Part shown: piece after piece, positions 8,592 to 18,100 of the stretch
How the letters are laid out: each line of letters begins with the position of its first letter
Numbering within the stretch: the stretch's first letter is position 1
Source: Eubacteriales bacterium
GTDB lineage: Bacteria; Bacillota; Clostridia; Oscillospirales; CAG-272
Assembly: GCA_045576095.1 (NCBI GenBank)
Contig: JAZNFP010000045.1
Span: forward strand, 10,391 to 74,390
Length of the DNA: 64,000 bases
Direction of reading: 5' to 3'
The notes under the pieces: generated by a model
Seen by the model: only the letters and a program-made list of their open reading frames with translations
What the model was told of the DNA's origin: nothing
The model's database searches: none
Program-made: the position numbers and the translations under genes

Positions 8592-11582
8592 TTAAACGGG
8601 AGTTTTTTCGGTCTCTCGCTCCGCAAGCGCACCGATCAGGCTGCGAAGGCGAATCTTAACGGCACCGAGATTCGTGATCTCGTCTATTTTGATTTGTGTA
8701 TAAAGCTTTCCGTGTCGCTCAAGGATGGAGGAAACCTCGTCGGTTGTGATCGCGTCGATACCGCAACCGAATGAAACGAGCTGCACGAGCTCAACGCCGT
8801 CGTTTTTGCCGACGAACTCTGCGGCGCGGTATAGCCTTGCATGATAGGTCCATTGATTGAGCACAGCAACACGCGGAACCTCGTATTCGGCTCCGATCGC
8901 ATCCTCCGAAAGTATCACGAAGCCAAGCGATGCGGCAAGTCGGTCGATCCCGTGCCCGATTTCGGGATCAATATGGTAGGGACGCCCCGCAAGAATCAAG
9001 GCTCTCCTGCCGCTTTCCCTTGCATAGCGAAGCGCCCTTTCACCGATCTCCCGCGTTTCCCGCATCCAACGCCCGTAGGCATCGACGCCGGTATCGACTG
9101 CTTGACGGATCATGCGATAGGAAAGATCTGGGAAATCGCTCTTCAGCGCACGCAACAGCCCCCGCGAGAGCTCCCCGGGGTCGTTGATGTTGAGATAGGG
9201 ATAGAGAAAGCGCACGTTCTCAATGCTATCCATATTGGAGTGCAGAAGCTCGGAATAATAGGCAACGACGGGGCAATTATAGTAGTTATCCGAGGCGTGT
9301 TCATTGATATTGTAGGAAAGCCCGGGATAGAAGATGCAGTCAACCTTTTTTTCAATCAGCTCCTCGATATGTCCGTGCATGAGCTTGGCGGGATAGCACG
9401 CTGTATCCGATGGGATGCTGTACTGCCCCTTCTGATACAGGCGCCTTGTCGAAAAGCCCGAGCAAACCACTTCAAATCCAAGGCTTCGAAAGATCGTCGA
9501 CCAAAGAGGAAGCAGCTCGTACATACCGAGTGCAAGCGGCAAACCGATTCGTCCCCGCGTGCCCTTTTCCTCGGCACAATTTTGCACCAGAGCCTCGATG
9601 CGATTCCGCTTCCATTCATGCAGATTGGTAATGACGTCGGTTTCTTCTCCCGTCTCCTTCCCCGCCCCCTTTTCGCAGCGGTTTCCCGAGATGAATCGCT
9701 CGCCGCCCGCAAAAATATTGACGGTCAGGTGGCAACGGTTTCCGCATCCCGCACAGACCGTCGCCTTCGACTCGTGGGAAAAGACGGCGAGCTCCTCGGG
9801 GGAGATCAACGTTGACGACTGATTTGCCGACACCTCGGCATAGATTGCCGCACCGTATGCCCCCATGAGTCCTGCGATAGAGGGGCGAACAACCTCCCGA
9901 CCAAGCTCAAGCTCAAAGCTTCTGAGCACGGCGTCGTTGTAGAAGGTTCCGCCCTGCACGACGATATGCCGTCCGAGCTCGTCTGCCGACGAGGCGCGTA
10001 TCACCTTATAGATTGCGTTTTTGACAACGCTCATCGAGAGCCCTGCCGAAATATCCGCAACGCTTGCGCCGTCCTTTTGTGCCTGCTTCACAGACGAATT
10101 CATAAAGACCGTGCATCGGCTTCCGAGGTTCACGGGAGCGGAGGCAAAAAGTCCGAGCCTTGAGAATTCGGCAATCTCATAGCCGAGCGCGCGGGCAAAG
10201 GTTTCGATAAAGGAGCCGCATCCCGAGGAGCAGGCCTCGTTGAGCATGATCGAATCAATCGAGCGATTCCGAATTTTAAAGCATTTGATGTCCTGACCGC
10301 CGATATCGAGAATGAAATCGACGTCCGGGCTAAAATGGCGCGCCGCGTGATAATGCGCAAGCGTTTCAACAAGCCCGAAATCCACCCTGAAGGCGTGCCG
10401 AATGAGATCCTCGCCGTAACCGGTTACAGCGCTTGCGCGAATCCGGATGCGATCGCCGCAGAGTCGGTAGATTTCCTTGAGCTGTTGCTTCACGATCTCG
10501 ACCGGTGTTCCGCGGTTGGAGTCGTAATACGTATAAAGAAGCTCGCGATTTTCGCTCATCAAAACGAGCTTGGTGGTCGTGCTTCCGCAGTCGATTCCAA
10601 GGTATGCATCTCCCGAGTAGCTTTCGGGATCAAGTGTCGGAACGCTCGCCTTGGCATGCCGACGAAGGAATCCCGCATACTCGTCCCGGTCCGAAAAGAG
10701 CGGCGGAAGTGCCGCAGTATTCGACACAGTGGTCTCTGCACCGCGAATGCGAGAAACAAGCTCCCGATAGGTAAAGGTGCTGTCCAGTGACATTGCATAG
10801 ATTGCCGCTCCGAGCGCAACCGAAACGCGACCGAACGAGGGGAACAAAGCGTTTTCCGGGGAGAGCTTTAAGGTTTTGATGAAGCGCTCGCGCAGTCCCA
10901 TGCAGAAGGATAGCGGTCCGCCGAGAAACATGACCTTCCCCCGAATACGACGGCCCTGGGCGAGTCCCGCAATCGTTTGATTCACCACCGCCTGATAAAT
11001 GCTGGCGGCGATGTCGGATTTCGCAGCCCCCTGATTGATCAGCGGCTGAATATCGGTCTTGGCAAATACGCCGCATCTTGAGGCGATCGGATAGATTCGC
11101 TCCGAAGAGAGACTCAGCTCGTCGAGCTCGTTGACCGTTACCCCGAGAAGCGTTGCCATCTGATCAATGAAGGCGCCGGTGCCGCCTGCACAGGAGCCGT
11201 TCATGCGCTCATCCATGCCGCCCTCAAAGAAAATGACCTTGGCATCCTCGCCGCCAAGCTCAATGACGGCAGAAGTATCGGGGGCAAGGCGCTTGACGGT
11301 CTCACCTGTTGCAAACACCTCCTGAACGAAGGGCAGCCCCGCTGCATTGGCAAGACCCAGACCGGCAGAACCGGAAACGGCAACACGAAGCGGTTTGCTC
11401 CCGACCACGTCCTCAAGGTCATCAAGCAGCTCAAGAGCCTTTTTCCGAACCATCGAAAGATGGCGCTCATAGCACTCAAAAAGAACCGTTCCGTTATCTA
11501 CGGCAACGATTTTAGCGGTCGTTGATCCAATGTCGATTCCGACCGAGATACAGTCGCCGGTATTTAGCTCGAACTTCTCCAT
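8592..11582 (-). CDS. Double BcrAD/BadFG-type ATPase (2-hydroxyacyl-CoA dehydratase activase-like) fused to a C-terminal DUF2229-like domain
   Basis: Two actin-fold ATPase modules (IGIDIGSTTAKIV and LGIDCGSTTTKLV). Each carries the cluster-bridging Cys motifs (SCAGGTGAF / SRCGVFA, and ACSSGCGSF / SRCTVFM). There is also a CAGCGNRC...GNRCEKG Cys cluster. ATG 11582 is preceded by GAAGGAG. Confidence 0.9.
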   Translation of the reverse strand: MEKFELNTGDCISVGIDIGSTTAKIVAVDNGTVLFECYERHLSMVRKKALELLDDLEDVVGSKPLRVAVSGSAGLGLANAAGLPFVQEVFATGETVKRLAPDTSAVIELGGEDAKVIFFEGGMDERMNGSCAGGTGAFIDQMATLLGVTVNELDELSLSSERIYPIASRCGVFAKTDIQPLINQGAAKSDIAASIYQAVVNQTIAGLAQGRRIRGKVMFLGGPLSFCMGLRERFIKTLKLSPENALFPSFGRVSVALGAAIYAMSLDSTFTYRELVSRIRGAETTVSNTAALPPLFSDRDEYAGFLRRHAKASVPTLDPESYSGDAYLGIDCGSTTTKLVLMSENRELLYTYYDSNRGTPVEIVKQQLKEIYRLCGDRIRIRASAVTGYGEDLIRHAFRVDFGLVETLAHYHAARHFSPDVDFILDIGGQDIKCFKIRNRSIDSIMLNEACSSGCGSFIETFARALGYEIAEFSRLGLFASAPVNLGSRCTVFMNSSVKQAQKDGASVADISAGLSMSVVKNAIYKVIRASSADELGRHIVVQGGTFYNDAVLRSFELELGREVVRPSIAGLMGAYGAAIYAEVSANQSSTLISPEELAVFSHESKATVCAGCGNRCHLTVNIFAGGERFISGNRCEKGAGKETGEETDVITNLHEWKRNRIEALVQNCAEEKGTRGRIGLPLALGMYELLPLWSTIFRSLGFEVVCSGFSTRRLYQKGQYSIPSDTACYPAKLMHGHIEELIEKKVDCIFYPGLSYNINEHASDNYYNCPVVAYYSELLHSNMDSIENVRFLYPYLNINDPGELSRGLLRALKSDFPDLSYRMIRQAVDTGVDAYGRWMRETREIGERALRYARESGRRALILAGRPYHIDPEIGHGIDRLAASLGFVILSEDAIGAEYEVPRVAVLNQWTYHARLYRAAEFVGKNDGVELVQLVSFGCGIDAITTDEVSSILERHGKLYTQIKIDEITNLGAVKIRLRSLIGALAERETEKTPV

Positions 11583-11657
11583 GCCATTGCTCCTTCTATG
11601 TGCAAAATACGTAGTCAAACCCTCAAAATGCCACAGCTTTTCATTTTATATCATATT

Positions 11658-11687
11658 ATTATAGCCTTTTTTGTCTGTACGTGTCAA
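11658..11687 (-). promoter_or_regulatory. SigA-type promoter for the activase-like gene
   Basis: On the minus strand: TTGACA (11687-11682), 18-bp spacer, TATAAT (11663-11658). Confidence 0.55.
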
Positions 11688-11895
11688 TACAAAAAATGAA
11701 AACTTTTGGATCCAAAAAATGCAAGAGGGCAATTTATACCTCTTAACGTTGAATTTACGGAGAACCGAATAGGATGAGAACAATCCATCATAAACCGAGA
11801 GACCGTGATGGTATTGAGCGGTATCGGTTTTTTGTAACAGAAGAAAATGGACACCCTCCAAGGAATCCTATGAAGCCTCAGCGGTGATTTTAGGT

Positions 11896-12549
11896 TTATC
11901 TTACGACCGAAGAATGACTGTAAATATAGAATTCCTCCTGGCTTGGCATCCACGCCTTTTCCTTGCTTGGAAAGGTCGCGTCGAATGCCTCGACAGCGGC
12001 GGCATCCTCACAGCAATCGGCGGCGGCAGAAGGAATATACCTCCACCCTTTGCCGTCAAGCACGCGCGGCACAAGCTCGCAAACGAGAAGTGCCGATGGG
12101 AAGTTGCCGTCCGCAACGAAGCTCACATTTTTCTTTTTGCAGCTTACAAAACCACAACTGACATAGTTGCCCGGATTGCCGAAATTGATATTCACGTCGT
12201 ATCCCATCTTACGTGCAACCTCAAAGGAATGGGCGATCAGCATTTTGCCAAGCTTCTTTCTCTGATGTTTGGGAGCAATGCAAAGCGGCCCAAAGGAGAG
12301 TATCTCCTTTCGTTTCCCATTCTCGTCCTCAAGCCAAGCCTTCGTGTACATAATATTGCCGATGATCTCGCTACCCATCTCAAGCACGAATGCAAGCTCG
12401 GGGATGAAATCGGGATGTGAGCGCATCATATGAACGAAATAATGCTCGTCCGCACCGGGCTTATAGACGTTCCAAAACGCCTCTCGAGTAAGCTCTTCTA
12501 CTGCTCTGTAGTCTTTTTCTGTTTCTAAGCGCACCGTCAAATCGTTCAT
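11896..12549 (-). CDS. GNAT-family N-acetyltransferase
   Basis: YhbS-like GNAT pattern with the acetyl-CoA loop APKHQRKKLGKMLIAHSFEVARKMG. RBS AAAGGA. Confidence 0.85.
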   Translation of the reverse strand: MNDLTVRLETEKDYRAVEELTREAFWNVYKPGADEHYFVHMMRSHPDFIPELAFVLEMGSEIIGNIMYTKAWLEDENGKRKEILSFGPLCIAPKHQRKKLGKMLIAHSFEVARKMGYDVNINFGNPGNYVSCGFVSCKKKNVSFVADGNFPSALLVCELVPRVLDGKGWRYIPSAAADCCEDAAAVEAFDATFPSKEKAWMPSQEEFYIYSHSSVVR

Positions 12550-12703
12550 TTTTCGTCCTTTCGTGATTGGTTGATGCTCCGGATACGAGAAAATTACTAG
12601 AATGCATTTGCAAGCCTCTCGTTTGCAATAGGATCTCCAAGGGCTTGATGCTTTTCAGGCGGCACACTCCGATAAAAATATTCAAGCCAAGGCTTGCAGA
12701 AAT

Positions 12704-12732
12704 ATTATACCACAGAAACGCAAATAACTCAA
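12704..12732 (-). promoter_or_regulatory. Candidate promoter of the GNAT gene (extended -10)
   Basis: On the minus strand: TTGAGT (12732-12727), 17-bp spacer, TGgTATAAT (-10 at 12709-12704). This implies a ~150-nt leader. Confidence 0.5.
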
Positions 12733-12821
12733 GCATATGATTGACCAAGCGTACAACAAGCTGTCATCGGAGAAACCAATGAAAGCCCTCTTTTTGGAGA
12801 AAAAAAGTCAGCATGAAACAG

Positions 12822-13103
12822 AAAGAGCAAACACGCAAGACGAAAATCTTGAATGTCTGCTCTTTTTCGGTTTGTGCTGTTTTTGCTAACGCAAAAGTGA
12901 TGTTATGCTGCGCATCATGACATTGCTCGCTAAAGCTCGCAGTGTTATGACGTTTGCCCACCGTGCCAAAGGCACAGCATCATTCACACAGTGAACATCA
13001 CTGCCGAAGGCAACATCACTTGCCCGTAAGGGCAAGCACCGTTTCGCGTGATGCTCCGCTTGGAGCATCACGCTATGTTGCCACCTTCTTTTTGGTGCAC
13101 CAA
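12822..13103. repeat. Array of at least eight short stem-loops carrying a recurring (A/G)CATCA(C/T) / GTGATG motif
   Basis: Hairpins verified by eye: 12822-12865 (8-bp outer stem plus inner 5-bp stem), 12881-12896 (TTTTGC/TAAC/GCAAAA), 12963-12975, 12983-12995, 13002-13012, 13019-13036 (CTTGCCC/GTAA/GGGCAAG), 13046-13073 (12-bp stem) and the 13092-13103 palindrome TTGGTGCACCAA. Direct repeat ACATCACT(T)GCC at 12995 and 13013. Confidence 0.6.
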
Positions 13104-13104
13104 A

Positions 13105-14160
13105 TCAACCCGTAATACCGGAACGCTCGATACCCTCAATCAGATATCTCTGGCCGAATAGGTAAACGATAACCAGAGGCGCGATGACCATCAGACCGCC
13201 GGCGTTTGCAATTGCTACGTTGTAGAAATGCGCATACGAGGAGGACTTCTGAAGTGCATCCGGAACACCCTCAATGAGGTCCATCATCAGCGGAACGCTC
13301 GTGGTGTTGTAGAAAAGATCGGTGTAGAAGCCGTCGGTCCACTGCCAGGAGAAGGCAAAGAGGAAAATGGTAACCATCATCGGGACCGAAAGCGGCAGAA
13401 TGATACGGAAGAAGGTACGGAAGGTGCCCGAGCCGTCTACGTACGCCGACTCCTCAAGCTCATCCGGAACGCCCTGGAAGAACTGACGCATCATGAAGAT
13501 GTAAAGTCCGTTCTTAAAGGCAAGACCGGTAAAGGAGAGGATGAAGAAGGGGGTAAACGTATTGAGAAGGCTGGGTGCCTTACCCGAAACAAGCTGGATG
13601 ATGCCCTTCCAGTTCAGAGACTGGAGCGTCAGAATGTCGAAGTTCTTGAAATGCTGGAACATCGACAGCTGCAGCGTGCTGTGCGGGATTGCCATCGTGA
13701 TGATCACGAAGATGAATACAAGCTTGTTGCCCTTGAAGCGGAACTTGGCAAGTCCGTATCCAACCATGCAGCAGATAAAGGTCTGAACCAGCGCCGTACC
13801 GACCGAAAGCAAAGTCGTATTGAGAAGAATCCTCAAATAATCGTCATCGATTGCAAGCTGCTTGTAAATCTCAAACGAAAAATGCTTCGGAATCAGGTTG
13901 ACGGTCGGGTCCGCAAAATCCTGATATGCCTTCACCGAGGTAAAAATCTTGGTGAAGAAGGGATACAGGATTACAAAGCAAAGACCAATCAGAAGAATCG
14001 CGCGAAAGACGTACCAAACACGGTCAATCCAGAAATTCGAGGAGGTGAGACGCATGAGGAGTCTTTCTTTAAAGGGAATCTTCCCCTCAAACTCCATCTT
14101 AACACCGCGACGCGTGATTTTCACGTTCGAGGAGGTAGATTTCATATTCGAAGTATTCAT
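13105..14160 (-). CDS. Carbohydrate ABC transporter permease (MalG/BPD_transp_1 type), second pair
   Basis: Six-TM binding-protein-dependent permease with an EAA-type loop (ESAYVDGSGTFRTFFRIILPLSVP). Confidence 0.9.
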   Translation of the reverse strand: MNTSNMKSTSSNVKITRRGVKMEFEGKIPFKERLLMRLTSSNFWIDRVWYVFRAILLIGLCFVILYPFFTKIFTSVKAYQDFADPTVNLIPKHFSFEIYKQLAIDDDYLRILLNTTLLSVGTALVQTFICCMVGYGLAKFRFKGNKLVFIFVIITMAIPHSTLQLSMFQHFKNFDILTLQSLNWKGIIQLVSGKAPSLLNTFTPFFILSFTGLAFKNGLYIFMMRQFFQGVPDELEESAYVDGSGTFRTFFRIILPLSVPMMVTIFLFAFSWQWTDGFYTDLFYNTTSVPLMMDLIEGVPDALQKSSSYAHFYNVAIANAGGLMVIAPLVIVYLFGQRYLIEGIERSGITG

Positions 14161-14175
14161 ACTGCATTCTCCTCC

Positions 14176-15144
14176 TTACGAATCGCGTTTCTGGTAGAAG
14201 ACGAAGGCTGATGCGAAGGCTGCGAAGACTCCGACGATCAGCATGACCACAACGAAGTAGGTCCAGGACTGTGCCGTTGCGATGTTCTGGTTGGTACCGC
14301 CGCCATCGTAGATCGACTGAATCGTTAACATGACGACGTTTGTCTGTCTCGTAAAGGAGTCGATAATCGTATAAATCGCATTCACGAAGATCATCGGGCT
14401 GACCATCGGGAAGGTCACCTTCCAGAAGGTCTCCCAGGCGGAAGCACCGTCGATGCGGCTTGCCTCGTAGATGGCAGGGCTGACCGACTGAAGTCCCGCA
14501 AGGAAGATCAACATCTGAACGCCGGAGTAGTTGACGATATCGTAAATGCTGTTTACAAGATCAATGACGTAGGTGACAAGGCCGGTTCCTACCTTCATGT
14601 TCGAAAACAGCATCTGCACATCCATCATCGAGATGAAGGCATCGGCGCCGCCGGCAGGGCCGGTACCGTTATCGGTTCCGGCGGTACCCGAGAGGGTATC
14701 TGCAGCGTTGACAGCCTCCATCAGACCGGTCGAAATAATAACCGGAACGAAGAAGATTGCACGGAACGCAGCGCGGCCAAACATCTTCTGATTCAAAATG
14801 ACGGCAACGAACAATGAGAAGATAACGATTGCGGGAACCTCCCAGATCAGGTTGAGAACCCCCTCTCCGAGCGAGGTCAAAAAGGACTGGTTAAGGGCTG
14901 ACTTGAAGTGCGTGAGTCCCACGAACTTGGTCCAGTCGTAATAGGTAATACCGTCGGTCGATGCCTTACCGATCGTCGAAAAGCTGAATGCAATCGAGTC
15001 AATGACGATCGGAAGATAAAGGAGCGCCAGTCCAAGAACGAACGGAAGCACGAAAAACCAGCCTCGACGAGCCTTTCTTTCCGAAAGCGTCAGCTTACGG
15101 TTGCCCGGGAGAAACGATTTCAATTTTGAAAATTTATTTGACAT
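14176..15144 (-). CDS. Carbohydrate ABC transporter permease (MalF type), second pair
   Basis: EAA-type loop EASRIDGASAWETFWKVTFPMVSP. Has a long periplasmic-side Gly/Thr/Ala-rich loop. Confidence 0.9.
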   Translation of the reverse strand: MSNKFSKLKSFLPGNRKLTLSERKARRGWFFVLPFVLGLALLYLPIVIDSIAFSFSTIGKASTDGITYYDWTKFVGLTHFKSALNQSFLTSLGEGVLNLIWEVPAIVIFSLFVAVILNQKMFGRAAFRAIFFVPVIISTGLMEAVNAADTLSGTAGTDNGTGPAGGADAFISMMDVQMLFSNMKVGTGLVTYVIDLVNSIYDIVNYSGVQMLIFLAGLQSVSPAIYEASRIDGASAWETFWKVTFPMVSPMIFVNAIYTIIDSFTRQTNVVMLTIQSIYDGGGTNQNIATAQSWTYFVVVMLIVGVFAAFASAFVFYQKRDS

Positions 15145-15164
15145 ATTTCATCACTCTCCTTGGC

Positions 15165-18100
15165 TCATCTCGGATCAAGACGTACGAACTCGTACTTATC
15201 AAGCGTAAGCGACCGACCCTCAAGCTCAACCTTGACCTCAAAGATGCTGAAGTTCAAAATCAAGCGAACCTCGTCGCTTCCCTTCTTGTAGGTTACCATA
15301 ACAACCGATCCGTCATCAAGCGAGAAGTCGGTGTGCTTGTAGCTTGCATCGGTCGAAAGCGAGGTGGTGAAGTAGCTGAGCTTGGTCTTGTTGAGGTAAT
15401 CCTCTACCCCCGCCGTTGCAACCTCAATGTTACCCGAGGCGGTTTCGTTTGCAGCAATGAAGTCATCCAATCTACGACAGATCCTGTCGTATGCATCGGA
15501 AAGCACGGAGTCTGCTGCAAGAATGTCAGCTGCAAAGCTTACCGAGAAGCCGTTTGCAATATCCTCAAGAATAGCGGCGCGGTCAAAGGTGAGATAGAGC
15601 GCCTGCCCCTCTGTGAGAAGAACGTCGCCGTCGTCTACCAGCTTCTTGAGCGCCGTTCCGTCGGTCAGATCGGCGTCCGCAGCGCGAAGATCTGCGATCA
15701 TGCCTGCAACGTCAGCGTCAAGACCCTCGACGTAAGCGCCGTCAGCATCGGGACCACCGATGATCAGCGCGGCAAGCTCATCATAAACGAGCTGCTTTGC
15801 ATCATCGTCAGCGGCTGCGGCAATTGCCTTTCCTGCCCGAATCAGCTCACGGACGAGTGCGCCCTTCCGAACGAGAACCGCATCGTGCTGAGCGAGAAGC
15901 AGAGAGAAATACTCGTCCTCAAGCTTCTTCAGAGCTTCCTCGCGTTCGGCATCGGTAACCACGCGCTCGGCGACCAGGAACTGATGATCGTACAGCTGGT
16001 GGGTTTGCAGATCTCCGATGGCATCATCCAGAATGCCGTAGTAGCGGATGACGTCCTCTTTCCAGATGGAGTAGTTTGCGGAATAATGCTTACTGAGAAG
16101 GAAATCCTCCTTCATCAGATCAGTGTTGCGGTAGCAGAGCACGTAGTACATTGCTGAGCCGCTCTCGATTGCGCGCAGAAGCTCGTAATCGGGGTTACCG
16201 GTTTCGTTGAACGGGGCACCGGCGTACTCAACCGTACCGTGCATCACCATGCCGTAGAACGGAACGGTGCGGCTCGCACAGAAGTAGCGGCTGCTGTCAA
16301 CGGGAGCGTTCAGAAGATAATCGACGTACTTGAGTGCGTAAACGTTTCCTCCGGTGCTCAGGAGCTTCGAATACTTCGAGGAGATCGACTCAAGCGTGGA
16401 AACGAGGTAGTCCTTTGCCGTCTCGCGGTCAAAGCTGTTGTTCTCACTGAAGTTCGAGGTCAGATCCTCTGCCATGTAATCGAGCGAAAGTGCCGTAACG
16501 TTAAACTTCGAGAGCTTCTTGTTGAACTTGTTGAAGAGTCCCGTCAGCTGATCTGCCGATACGCAAAGCGAGAAGTAGGAGAAGAAGCCCTGATAGACGG
16601 TATCGTACATCTGCTTGGAAGCGTAGCGATTATCCATCGAGCGGACGGTCGTCTTCTTCTTGGAGATTCCGCCAAGTCCGCGATTCTGGTAATTGTACAT
16701 CAAGTCGACGCCGAGGATGATCTCAATACCGCTTGCGGCATTTTCCTCCGCATAGGAAAGCAGACGGTTCAGACCCTTCTTGCCGCCAACCTCCTTCATC
16801 AGCTTCAGCTTCTTCGGGTATTTTCCCTCGACGCCTCCGTTGTAGAAGCCAAGCAGACGGAACTTCACGTTGCCGATTCCCTGCTCCGCAAGCTCGGTGT
16901 GCATCGTCTCGACGTCGTCAAAGGTCGTCAGAGCAACGTCCACCTTAACCGGGAAGGTCAGAATCTTCTCCGTGGTCTTCAGCGTTCCGTAAGACTCGAT
17001 GAAGAGCGGGATGCGCGACTTCACGTCGGTATCCGTAAGCTCACTGAGCGTCTCGGTCACGTTGATCAAATAGTTCCTGTAGTAACGTGCCATCTCAACG
17101 TAGGACGCCGTATAGGTTGCAGGCGCACCCGAGGGAACCAGCGTCTGCAGCGTGGGATCGAGAAGCATCACGATCTTCGTGGTATAGTTGCCTACGTACT
17201 TGGTATCCGAGAAGATCGGAATGTTCGCCGCACCGGAAATCGAATAGGAGTCGGTGGGACGGGGCGTATAGGACTGATAGATCGTCAGATGTCTCGAAGA
17301 CTTACGAACACCCGCGGAAAGCGTTACGAGAGAATCGCCCTCGGTGATGATCGCAAAAAATCCGGTGGTGATGCCGGTATCGGCATCGGTATTGACTGCG
17401 CCGTACACGGGGAGACGAACCGTCTGCGTTTTCTTGCCCTCAATGGTGCTGTACGCATAATCGTAGCCGTAAACAGGCTGCTTGATAACGGTCGTGGTAA
17501 CGTCCTCGTTGTTGATCAGAGCACCGCTTCCGTCGGGGAAGAACAGATAGCCCTCTTCGTTTTTGTCGTTTGCGGCAAAGTAGCGCAGGATCGAGAGCCC
17601 GTCAAGACGGTACTTCGACTCGTCAAAGGAAATGCTGCTTGCGGGAAGCGAGTAGGTCATTCCCTCATCGTCGAGCAGGTACTCAATCGCGCAACGGAAG
17701 ACGGGACGCGGCTTCTCGGCGTACTTAAAGCCAACTTTTGCCTCCTGCTTGAGCATATCATCGACGGTATAGCCGGTGTTGACCGAGGTCAGAATGTTCT
17801 GAAGCTCGATCTTCTTGTTGGTTGGGATTCCGGACTCCAGCGTCCAGATGACGGGCTTCAGTCCGGTTACGGGATCCACGTCGTCAAGAACGGGATAAAG
17901 CTTGAGAAGGTCCTCCGTCACCTCGGTCTTGTTCGGATCAAACTGCTTGTAACGTCCGGTCAGCGTCTCGTAATCGGTCAGAATCCCTACGATCCACTTA
18001 CGGAAAACGATATCCGACGGAAGCTCAAGCGCATGCTCGTCGATCACGCCGGCCTGCTTGAGGTCAAGCAGCATCTCATCATAAAGCTCCCGGTCGCCTG

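Noticed and set aside
12764-13071. Two small minus-strand ORFs (65 and 61 aa) inside the hairpin array
   Set aside because: Their sequences are read-through of the CATCAC/hairpin repeats (His/Ala/Ser-rich). They have no RBS and overlap palindromes, so the region is treated as non-coding repeat.
12822-13103. Possible CRISPR array
   Set aside because: There is no constant-length direct repeat alternating with unique spacers. The units are self-complementary hairpins of variable sequence and length, and no cas genes are present.
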